NCBI RefSeq assembly: GCF_000039765.1
Contig: NC_004460.2
Location: 900,001 to 932,000, forward strand
DNA: 32,000 bases
From: Vibrio vulnificus CMCP6
GTDB lineage: Bacteria; Pseudomonadota; Gammaproteobacteria; Enterobacterales; Vibrionaceae
Reading direction: 5' to 3'
In this document: positions 9,586-17,311 of the stretch, piece by piece
Layout: each line of letters opens with the position of its first letter
Position numbering within the stretch: position 1 is the stretch's first letter
The notes under the pieces: model-generated
What the model was told of the DNA's origin: nothing
Databases searched by the model: none
What the model saw: only the letters and a program-made list of their open reading frames with translations
Translations under genes and position numbers: made by a program

Positions 9586-9610
9586 GGCTATTTGTTCGAA
9601 ATAGCCTTTT
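9586..9610 (+). terminator. Terminator-like hairpin between the carrier protein gene and the binding protein gene
   Basis: GGCTATTT (9586-9593), loop GTTCG, AAATAGCC (9599-9606), then TTTT. It ends only 16 nt before the start at 9626. Confidence 0.5.
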
Positions 9611-9625
9611 CAATAGGACAAAAAA

Positions 9626-10534
9626 ATGAAACTAAAATTAAGCGTTATGTTGGTCAGCACCCTGATTTCTGGTGGTGCAATGGCGAAAGATCTTGTGATC
9701 GAGCATTACATGGGGAGCACTAAAATTTCAGATGCACCAAAGCGTGTTGTTGTTATTGGTCATGGGGCCTTAGACGCTCTGGATTATCTTGGCATCGAGC
9801 CCGTTGCCGTTGCGAAAGCGCCAATAATGCCACAATATCTCGATAAGTTTCAGGATGCGAAATACGCCTCGGCGGGCAGCTTATTTGAGCCAGATTTTGA
9901 AACCATCTACAGCCAAAAACCAGACTTGATCATCATTGGTCCTCGTGCGACGTCCAAATACAAAGAGCTATCGGAAATTGCCCCGACCATCGTGTTCAGT
10001 GCCGATCTCAAGCAAGGCTACTGGCAGAGCACACAAAAACAATGGCGTAATATGGGCGAAATTTTCAACGCCCAACAAAAGATTGAGCAGAAGATTAGTC
10101 AGCTCAATGAAGAGTTTGCCGCCATCAAACAATACAACGAGAAAAACCAAGTGGATGCGCTCACCATCATGACATCCGGCGGCAATATCACGACGTTTGG
10201 CTCGCAATCCCGCTTTGCTTCGGTTTACGAAGATTTTGGTTTTAAGGAAAGTTCCTCTAACGTTAAGACCAACAACCACGGTGATATCATCTCTTACGAG
10301 TACATTAATAAAGCCAACCCAAGTACGCTATTGGTGATTGACGGTGATAAGCTCTCAGGAAAAGGCAATCAAGTTGAAGAACAGTATCTTGACAACGATC
10401 TGGTCAAAGCCACCAACGCTTACAAAAACAAACGAATCACCTTACTTGATCTAGACGCTTGGTATCTCTCAATCTCAGGTATTTCTGCAACGGAAAAGAT
10501 GGTTTCCGACATCAAAGAGACCGTCGAACTGTAG
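9626..10534 (+). CDS. Periplasmic ferric-siderophore binding protein (ABC substrate-binding, cluster A / FatB-CeuE-ViuP class)
   Basis: 302 aa with the signal peptide MKLKLSVMLVSTLISGGAMA. KRVVVIGHGALDALDYLGIEPVAV and KPDLIIIGPRA are typical of the Fe3+-siderophore SBP fold. Confidence 0.8.
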   Translation: MKLKLSVMLVSTLISGGAMAKDLVIEHYMGSTKISDAPKRVVVIGHGALDALDYLGIEPVAVAKAPIMPQYLDKFQDAKYASAGSLFEPDFETIYSQKPDLIIIGPRATSKYKELSEIAPTIVFSADLKQGYWQSTQKQWRNMGEIFNAQQKIEQKISQLNEEFAAIKQYNEKNQVDALTIMTSGGNITTFGSQSRFASVYEDFGFKESSSNVKTNNHGDIISYEYINKANPSTLLVIDGDKLSGKGNQVEEQYLDNDLVKATNAYKNKRITLLDLDAWYLSISGISATEKMVSDIKETVEL

Positions 10535-10573
10535 TCATTCTCTCTAGTCGATATAGAGAAACTAATTGCTATA

Positions 10574-10605
10574 AAAACGCTTCTGATCAACATCAGAGGC
10601 GTTTT
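10574..10605. terminator. Bidirectional terminator between the convergent binding protein and receptor genes
   Basis: AAAACGCTTCTGAT, loop CAAC, ATCAGAGGCGTTTT. The stem has one G-T wobble, and A/T runs lie on both sides. Confidence 0.65.
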
Positions 10606-10618
10606 ACTTTGGGAAGGG

Positions 10619-12676
10619 CTAGAAGTTCAACTGCAATGAAGCACCAATCATACGTGGTTGCTGTGTAAGCTGATCGTTCAAGTTGCTCGATGTGTACAGA
10701 GTCGTTTTATTGGAATCAAATAGGTTGGTGGCAAACAGAGTAGCTCGGCCGTTTTCAAACACATAAGCCAATTGAGCATTAGCGACCCAATATGCATCAA
10801 TTGTTGTGATTGCCGTGTTGCTTCTATCTGAGTAGTAATCGCCCGTGTAAGCCGCGTTGGCACTTAACTCAAACCCATCAAAGAAGCTATACTGCCCTCC
10901 TAAATTACCCGTTATGTTTGGTGCTCGCTCTAGTTCTTTAGAAGTTCCATTCACCTCTTTGTATTCTGTTTTCAATAAACCTAAGTTAGCAAATAGCTCC
11001 AATGAATCTGTGGCATACCAACGTGTGCCGACCTCTACACCATAGGTTTTAGCTTCGTCTAAATTGGTAATGAATACATCACCATTGGCAAGCAGTTGGG
11101 TCATCTGCATGTCATCAAAATCGTTATAGAAGGTGTTGGTGAGTAACTCTAGCGAATGACCTAAACGATGACGAGTATAGAACTCATAGTTCCACAGGTA
11201 CTCTTCTTTAAACTCGTAAGGCTTAAAACCACCAGAAGTAATACTATTGAAACCTAAGCCTGCGCCACCCGCATTGTAACCTTTTGCCACTTTAAAACCG
11301 AAGGTCTGATCATTAGCTGGCTTATACGCGATATCGAACTTAGGTAGGAAAACCCCTAACGTCTCATCATAATCAATGTTGAATACTTCAACTTTTCTTG
11401 TGATATGTTCCTTCTCATAGCGCCCTGCCAGCGTAACATCTATTGATTGCGTGATCGCATAAGTCATTTCTGCAAAGAGAGACTGCGTATCCTTACTGCC
11501 TTTCATAGGATTGCTACCGCTCGTAGTGGTAAAGGACTCATTCTGTTTAGAAGAGTAATAACGAGCACCAAACAATGCGCTCAGTCGACCGTTACTTGAA
11601 AGGTACTTCAAAATAGGTTCAACATGGTACTCCGAGCCACTGGTTGAAAAATCAAACTTATCCACTGGATATGTAAGCCGCTCGTTGGTGAAATCGGCGT
11701 AAACCACATTACTTTCAAAAGTAAATTGATCATTCAGTTGCCATGAAACATCCCATACCGTACTGAGCGAACTTGTCTCAAAAACAGCTCGAAAAGCATT
11801 TGCTCCTTCAATGTTGATGCTTTCTGACTGGGGACTACGAGAGTCCATAAGCGATACACCAAGCGTTGTTTTGAAACCATCCATTGATGAAGGCTCATAG
11901 AGTAACTTGCCTCTCAAAGAACTCATTTCAATACGGCTTGACTCACCAGCAGGGTCATAGGCTGCCAAGCCAACAAAACTTTCTTTCTTTTGTTGGTCAA
12001 AGCTGAGGCGGAATGCAAGTTCGTCTTGGATGATTGGTGCAGAGATCATTGCAGCGGTTTGTGAATAGTTTCGCTCACCGATACCTGCTTTTACTGCACT
12101 TTCAAAATGGTGGGTAGGGTCGTTGGTTTTCATTACAATCGCACCCGCAGAAGAGTTACCACCTTGAATATAGCTTTGCGGACCTAAATACACTTCGACT
12201 TGCTGCATGTCCCAAAGAGAACGCGGACCAAACGCAATTTCCGAATACGTCAGTGAGCGGCCATCAATGGACATATTTAAACGAGGTGAAGTACCAGCAA
12301 AGCTCGCCAGACCACCGACAGATGGGCCAGAACCATCAATACCACGCACCGTTGGCATGCTGTTACCTTGGCCAGAGTCCACCATATTGGGAATAAGTTG
12401 CAACAGGTCATCGATCTCTGTTGCACCTGGGGTATTGTCTATCGTCTCCTGGTCGAACACTTGGACACTCGAACTGGTGTCATAAATGGTTCTTTCTGTT
12501 TTCTCACCGATCACAACGACAACAGGCATCTCTTCTTTTTTGTTGCTGTTGGTACTCTCGGTTTGAGCATAGGCTTGACCACTGGCACAAAGCCCCATCA
12601 CTACCGCAGACAAAGCGTGCAGTTTAAAGGTTTTTTTTTCTGCAACGCTCGTTCGCGCTGGGCGTAAAGCTGCCAT
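10619..12676 (-). CDS. vuuA: TonB-dependent ferric-siderophore outer membrane receptor (ViuA/VuuA class)
   Basis: 685 aa with a signal peptide ending AYAQ and plug domain motifs (VVVIGEKTERTIYDT, MPTVRGIDG). The C-terminal beta-barrel ends in SLQLNF with a terminal Phe. The symbol is assigned by locus context only. Confidence 0.8.
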   Translation of the reverse strand: MAALRPARTSVAEKKTFKLHALSAVVMGLCASGQAYAQTESTNSNKKEEMPVVVVIGEKTERTIYDTSSSVQVFDQETIDNTPGATEIDDLLQLIPNMVDSGQGNSMPTVRGIDGSGPSVGGLASFAGTSPRLNMSIDGRSLTYSEIAFGPRSLWDMQQVEVYLGPQSYIQGGNSSAGAIVMKTNDPTHHFESAVKAGIGERNYSQTAAMISAPIIQDELAFRLSFDQQKKESFVGLAAYDPAGESSRIEMSSLRGKLLYEPSSMDGFKTTLGVSLMDSRSPQSESINIEGANAFRAVFETSSLSTVWDVSWQLNDQFTFESNVVYADFTNERLTYPVDKFDFSTSGSEYHVEPILKYLSSNGRLSALFGARYYSSKQNESFTTTSGSNPMKGSKDTQSLFAEMTYAITQSIDVTLAGRYEKEHITRKVEVFNIDYDETLGVFLPKFDIAYKPANDQTFGFKVAKGYNAGGAGLGFNSITSGGFKPYEFKEEYLWNYEFYTRHRLGHSLELLTNTFYNDFDDMQMTQLLANGDVFITNLDEAKTYGVEVGTRWYATDSLELFANLGLLKTEYKEVNGTSKELERAPNITGNLGGQYSFFDGFELSANAAYTGDYYSDRSNTAITTIDAYWVANAQLAYVFENGRATLFATNLFDSNKTTLYTSSNLNDQLTQQPRMIGASLQLNF

Positions 12677-12940
12677 TTGAATTTCTCCTTAACTCTAATA
12701 AACAACTGATTGCATTCAGGATGCACAGGCATAGCGAGTGGTGCTTCTACCTCGAGATTGAGTAGAGAGGCGTAAAGAGACCGAAACTGAACAGCGTTGC
12801 ACTATAGAGTCACGCTCAAAAGCCATGTGCTTGATTGCAAATATTCCGACTGACATACGTTCCAAACGGGGGCTGATTCAGGCCAAAAGCCTAAACTCAA
12901 CTATCGAGTGGTATAACAACGTAGTTCACAACGCATTCTA

Positions 12941-12990
12941 ATTATTGATAATTTAAATGTAAAGCATTCTCATTTGCATTTGTGAGAATG
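12941..12990. promoter_or_regulatory. Fur-regulated promoter candidate upstream of the receptor gene
   Basis: ATTATTGATAATTTAAATG matches the Fur consensus at 11 of 19 positions. The dyad CATTCTCA-N9-TGAGAATG lies at 12965-12989, and its reverse strand GCAAATGAGAATG... matches at 12 of 19. Confidence 0.5.
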
Positions 12991-13016
12991 TATGCTACTC
13001 ACCGCATGAGATGCCT

Positions 13017-14300
13017 TCATTGTCCTGAGTTCTGTTCAGCTAAGGTATTGAGTGATTGATGCATAAACACCATCAACTGCTCACTGAGATGGGTGATTTG
13101 CTCTTGTCCAAACCATCGTTGTTCGCCTTCTACCGTGAAGGTAATGTTGGCTGCGTCCTTCCTTACGCGAAATGTCATATTGAGTCCATCGTTGGTGCCA
13201 TTCGCGACGACCTTGCGCTCACTCTGACACCCACCAAATACAATATCCTCATCAATAAGCACATTGATATAAGGGGACTGACTTGCTTTTACATTGAGAC
13301 TGTTACTTAGAGGGTGCTTACCGTGACGATAAAGAAGACGTAACTCAGCCATGAGCCGCTTCACCCTATCCACAAAGTTTTCCTCGATATCGGCATTGAT
13401 CCACAGCGGTAAGGTGTTGACCATCAAACAAGGCGTATTGGCGCAGCGGTTACCCATTCGATTTAAATAGGGTAGCCAGATCCACAATCCGTCACTTGCC
13501 GATTGCTGCTCTGTGAGAACCTGCTTTTCAACGCAGTACAGACCGACCAAAACCACCAACAAATCCACCCAAGCCCACTGCTGTTGTTGGCTGACGTTTA
13601 AGAGCGCCGCTCTTAGCTCAGGATCAACCTCCTTTGCAATGGCAAAAGTGTCGTTATTGAAGTCATCATCGTTGAACGAGATAAACGAGTGCTGATTGAT
13701 ATAATCCAACCAAAAACGTTGATCTTTCTCTGCTCGCTCACTACACAGATAAGCCTGCTCATTTCTGACGTAAGTATTGAATCCTTTAAAGACCACAGGA
13801 AGCGTCTGGCTTTGTATGAATGCAGAATAGAGAGAGGCACATCGTTGCTCTATTAAGTGCAAGCTGTAGCCATCAAGCGCGATGTGGTGGCTTCTTATGT
13901 ACCAAAGTGTCTTAACCTCACTGAGCCGAAAAATGGCTTGATAGGTCATAACCTCCCCAGTCAGATCAATTGGCTTAGCAATATCATCACGGATTTTCTG
14001 CCACGCGAGTTGTTCCGCTTCGGCTTCATCAATCAAGTTGATGCAATCCAGCACTATCGCAGAACAGTCCAGCACCACTTGGCGTGGATACCCTTGCTCA
14101 TCGCAACCAAAACAGAGCCGCAGCGCTTCCGCTTCTTGTGTGGTTTCCAAAATAGCTTGATACAAACATTCGATATCGCACTCTCCGCTGATCTCGATAC
14201 CGTGTGCCACATTGGAAAAAGGTCTTTCAGGGAAAGCAATATAGTCAGCCCAGTATTCTTGCTGAGCCAAAGAGAGTGGGAAAAACACAGGTTTACTCAT
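13017..14300 (-). CDS. vibH: Stand-alone NRPS condensation-domain protein (VibH-like amide synthase)
   Basis: The catalytic HHxxxDG motif is present as HHIALDGYS. I moved the start to ATG 14300 (MSKPVFFPLSLAQQEYW); the track's 14333 start is a TTG. Confidence 0.8.
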   Translation of the reverse strand: MSKPVFFPLSLAQQEYWADYIAFPERPFSNVAHGIEISGECDIECLYQAILETTQEAEALRLCFGCDEQGYPRQVVLDCSAIVLDCINLIDEAEAEQLAWQKIRDDIAKPIDLTGEVMTYQAIFRLSEVKTLWYIRSHHIALDGYSLHLIEQRCASLYSAFIQSQTLPVVFKGFNTYVRNEQAYLCSERAEKDQRFWLDYINQHSFISFNDDDFNNDTFAIAKEVDPELRAALLNVSQQQQWAWVDLLVVLVGLYCVEKQVLTEQQSASDGLWIWLPYLNRMGNRCANTPCLMVNTLPLWINADIEENFVDRVKRLMAELRLLYRHGKHPLSNSLNVKASQSPYINVLIDEDIVFGGCQSERKVVANGTNDGLNMTFRVRKDAANITFTVEGEQRWFGQEQITHLSEQLMVFMHQSLNTLAEQNSGQ

Positions 14301-14356
14301 TTGCCTATCGAATCGTAATAAAAGATAGAACAAATGATAACAACATCACCACCGCA

Positions 14357-14375
14357 ATCAATGATAATAGTTATC
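14357..14375. promoter_or_regulatory. Fur box upstream of the vibH-like gene
   Basis: ATCAATGATAATAGTTATC matches the Fur consensus at 14 of 19 positions. It lies 57-75 nt upstream of ATG 14300. Confidence 0.7.
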
Positions 14376-14508
14376 AATTGCAATTAATATAATGTTTGTT
14401 TGGTTATCATCTCGGAAAGTAAGGGAAAGCTGTTGTTGGGAAAAATAATGAGCTGGTATTAGGAAAGAAAATTTAATCGCTTACCAGCTCGGCTTGCTTT
14501 GGTTAACA

Positions 14509-14592
14509 CTAGGCTTGTTTAGAAGCTTCTTTAGCATCTTTCCAATACTGGATGCGGATGCGATGAAGCTGAGCTTTTCTCATTTTTTTCAT
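14509..14592 (-). CDS. Candidate small ORF, 27 aa, basic (MKKMRKAQLHRIRIQYWKDAKEASKQA)
   Basis: ATG at 14590-14592 is preceded on the minus strand by GAGGAAG with a 6-nt spacer. TAG stop at 14509-14511. Downstream on the minus strand lies the hairpin GAGCTGGTA/TACCAGCTC (14449-14489), followed by ATTATTTTT. It is below the track's 60-aa cutoff, and I recognise no homology. Confidence 0.3.
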   Translation of the reverse strand: MKKMRKAQLHRIRIQYWKDAKEASKQA

Positions 14593-14996
14593 AGCCATCT
14601 TCCTCATTAATTATGTGCCCTACTCATGCAGGACTTTTTGTTTAGGTCATATTCCTCAATAACATATCGAGGAATGTTCGTTCTGACCGTGATTAATTTC
14701 ACAAGTTAATGATAAACACCCTGACTGTTACAATTCGTTTTTGAACACTTAGGCAGGTTTCATTTTCTAACCGTTACTAACTTATGCTTCTCTTATGACA
14801 GAAAAATGGCATTTTTGTTCCGTTTTCCTGACGATTAAAAAACATACAATTTTTGTACCATTAAAAGTAGGACACCATTTGCCGCTTCGACAAGCCTTCA
14901 TCGACGAATTCAGCCTTAATAAAAAGAAAATGTGATGTCACGCATTTCGGACTAAGGTGCGATAAAAAGGCGCTGCGACCAATTTGCCATTCACTT

Positions 14997-15025
14997 TGTG
15001 CGAGATCTCTTACAAGCCTTGTAAG
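14997..15025. promoter_or_regulatory. VarA/GacA/UvrY-type upstream activating box (TGTGCG-N6-CTTACA), overlapped by a second dyad CTTACA-N5-TGTAAG
   Basis: TGTGCGAGATCTCTTACA (14997-15014) fits the GacA-family box TGTAAG-N6-CTTACA. It lies about 160-175 nt upstream of the predicted sRNA start, comparable to the far-upstream UvrY site at E. coli csrB. Confidence 0.7.
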
Positions 15026-15169
15026 CTTTTCACTTTTCATTTCGAGGAAAACGTATTAATTAACTGACTAAGTCAATGTATTTTAAGAACTATCAATTTT
15101 TCACTTTAAAAATACACGAAAAAAATTCTCTGCAGACAATTGCCGCCAACCGACAAAAATTCAATACTG

Positions 15170-15466
15170 TCTTCGTCAACAGGATGTTGGCGGGAACAGG
15201 AACAAAGCCTAAAGGATTGGGTATCTTCAGGATGAAGATTTGATAACTTAGGATGAGTTGTCAGCAAGGACGTTACACTCTGGGATAGAGTTACGCCAGT
15301 CAGGATGACAGGCCAGTAAGGACACCGCTAGGAAGGCGATGGACAAAGGATTAGGTTAAAGGATTTAGCCAATATCATGGATAGATGCAGGGAGCACTAT
15401 CAGTAGCTGGATTGCTGCGAAAGAGAATAAGCCCCGCTTGGGAAACCAGGCGGGGTTTTATTTTTT
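15170..15466 (+). ncRNA. csrB: CsrB-family CsrA-sequestering sRNA (paralog identity csrB/csrC/csrD not resolvable here; 5' end approximate, +/-15 nt)
   Basis: 17-18 GGA motifs occur in about 260 nt, many as CAGGATG, AAGGA or AGGGA (for example 15182, 15230, 15251, 15303, 15320, 15348, 15391). The 3' segment GCAGGGAGC...AGTAGCTGGATTGCTGCGAAA resembles the enterobacterial CsrB 3' end as I recall it. A strong intrinsic terminator closes the RNA, and there is no coding potential. Confidence 0.85.
15431..15466 (+). terminator. Intrinsic terminator of the Csr sRNA
   Basis: GCCCCGCTTGG, loop GAAA, CCAGGCGGGG, followed by TTTTATTTTTT. Confidence 0.88.
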
Positions 15467-15864
15467 CAACTCAGAAATTAGATACATTTATCAATAAAAA
15501 ATTCCATCTATGCGGTGAATATCTCGAAATAGCCTGCCAGATGTCCGTTTTCTACGACTTTCTCATCGTGCAAAACCGCAAGCCAATAGTAAATTAATTT
15601 CCAGACAGCTCTTGACACTCAACTGCGATAAGGGCGCAATGGCGATAGATTTTTTTTGTCATTACGATGATTTTTTTTCGTTTTCATCGTCTTATAAAAA
15701 AAACTAAGGTGCGCACCTCTAAACGATGTGGTGTCCTACCACACTCCTTAATCGTATTAGCGAATGGTTAGTGCCGATTTATTCGGTTCATGTCACATCA
15801 TTTAAACCTGTTCGCTTTATCCTACAATGATTTAAAACTGGTACTGACTTACTAAGGAATTGCC

Positions 15865-16770
15865 ATGCGTATTGCTATTCTTTCTCGTAATGAGAATCTG
15901 TATTCCACCATGCGTCTAAAACAGGCGGGTGAAGCACGTGGTCACGAGGTCGATGTGATCGACACGTTACACTGCTATATGGATATTACGAGTAACAACC
16001 CGAAGATCCGCTATAAGGGTGAAGAATTGCCGCAATACGATGCCATCATTCCGCGTATTGGTGCCTCTGTCACTTTCTACGGCACAGCAGTCGTCCGCCA
16101 GTTTGAAATGATGGGCACGTTCGTGGTCAACGAATCCGTTGCCATCAGCCGCTCTCGCGATAAATTGCGCTCTCTGCAATTGTTGTCACGTAAAGGCATT
16201 GGTTTACCACGTACTGGTTTTGCTCACCACCCAGACAATATCCAAGACGTGATCCGTAATGTAGGCGGCGCACCTTTGGTGATTAAGTTACTGGAAGGCA
16301 CACAAGGCATTGGTGTGGTATTGGCAGAAACCAATAAAGCGGCAGAAAGTGTCATTGAAGCCTTCATGGGCTTAAAAGCCAATATCATGGTGCAAGAATT
16401 CATTGAAGAAGCAAAAGGCGCAGACATTCGCTGTTTCGTTGTGGGCAACAAAGTGATTGCTGCGATGAAACGTCAAGCGAAAGAAGGCGAGTTCCGTTCT
16501 AACTTACACCGTGGTGGCAGTGCGCAATTGGTTCGTTTGAGCAAAGAAGAGCGCGCTACCGCTATTAATGCGGCAAAAGTGATGGGGCTAAACCTGTGTG
16601 GTGTTGATATTCTTCAATCTAAGAATGGCCCAGTGGTCATGGAAGTGAACTCTTCTCCAGGTTTAGAAGGTATCGAGCAAGCGACCAACAAAGATGTGGC
16701 AGGCATGATTTACGAATTTATCGAAAAGAACGCCAAACCAAATTCAAACCGTACCAAAGGTAGAGGTTAA
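15865..16770 (+). CDS. rimK: Ribosomal protein S6--L-glutamate ligase (ATP-grasp)
   Basis: 301 aa. MRIAILSRN...IIPRIG...[11 protein letters not shown]...[15 protein letters not shown]...[12 protein letters not shown] is recognisably RimK over its full length. Confidence 0.93.
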   Translation: MRIAILSRNENLYSTMRLKQAGEARGHEVDVIDTLHCYMDITSNNPKIRYKGEELPQYDAIIPRIGASVTFYGTAVVRQFEMMGTFVVNESVAISRSRDKLRSLQLLSRKGIGLPRTGFAHHPDNIQDVIRNVGGAPLVIKLLEGTQGIGVVLAETNKAAESVIEAFMGLKANIMVQEFIEEAKGADIRCFVVGNKVIAAMKRQAKEGEFRSNLHRGGSAQLVRLSKEERATAINAAKVMGLNLCGVDILQSKNGPVVMEVNSSPGLEGIEQATNKDVAGMIYEFIEKNAKPNSNRTKGRG

Positions 16771-16827
16771 TGACGCGGTGGAAGCCAGACTTCCACTATT
16801 CTTAAAATTGCGAAGCAAGCTTGGATA

Positions 16828-17262
16828 ATGACTATGACTCAGAAACTGATCATCGGAAATACTGAAGCTGTCTGCTTACCAGAGTTAGGGATTACTCACC
16901 TAGAGACACGAATTGATACTGGCGCGCAGACTTCTTCTCTGCACGTAGATAATTTGATCTGCATAAAGAAAGACGGCAAACAATATGTGGAGTTTGATCT
17001 TCACCCGGATGTTTACAATCTGGAGAAAATTGTACGTTGTTTGGCGCCTCTCAAAGGCAGCAGAAAAATCAAATCATCAAACGGTACCTTTGAACACCGC
17101 TGCGTGATCACCACCACTCTGCGCTTAGCCGATCAAGAGTGGCCAATTGATATCACGTTGAGTAATCGCCAAGACATGACTTACATGATGTTGTTGGGCC
17201 GTCAAGGCATGGCTGATCGCGTATTGGTAGACCCAAGCCAGTCACACATTTTGGCCAACTAA
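16828..17262 (+). CDS. RimK-associated retropepsin-like protease (DUF785 family, annotated 'ATP-dependent zinc protease'; RimB-like)
   Basis: 144 aa lying immediately downstream of rimK. LPELGI...ETRIDTGAQTSSLH carries the DTGA aspartic-protease-like motif typical of this family. Confidence 0.7.
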   Translation: MTMTQKLIIGNTEAVCLPELGITHLETRIDTGAQTSSLHVDNLICIKKDGKQYVEFDLHPDVYNLEKIVRCLAPLKGSRKIKSSNGTFEHRCVITTTLRLADQEWPIDITLSNRQDMTYMMLLGRQGMADRVLVDPSQSHILAN

Positions 17263-17283
17263 CGAGATTTGTTATCTCATTCC

Positions 17284-17310
17284 ACGGAGAGCTTCGGCTC
17301 TCCGTTTTTT
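17284..17310 (+). terminator. Rho-independent terminator after the rimK operon
   Basis: ACGGAGAGC, loop TTCG, GCTCTCCGT, then TTTTT. Confidence 0.85.
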
Positions 17311-17311
17311 A

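Noticed and set aside
14930-14950. GTGA-TG-TCAC palindrome (AATGTGATGTCACGCATT) as a CRP-like site
   Set aside because: The half-site spacing is 2 nt rather than 6 nt, so it matches no regulator motif that I can name.
14861-15040. 59-aa minus-strand ORF (MKSEKLTRLVRDLAQSEWQIG...) just under the track cutoff
   Set aside because: No Shine-Dalgarno sequence lies upstream of its ATG. It overlaps the VarA/GacA-type box and the double dyad, and I recognise no motif in it. I cannot exclude it without a conservation test, but it is not supportable as a gene.
15385-15597. 70-aa ORF on the plus strand in the ORF desert
   Set aside because: It starts inside the GGA-rich sRNA and reads through the GC hairpin/U-tract terminator at 15431-15466. 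It has no RBS. The sRNA explains the sequence better.
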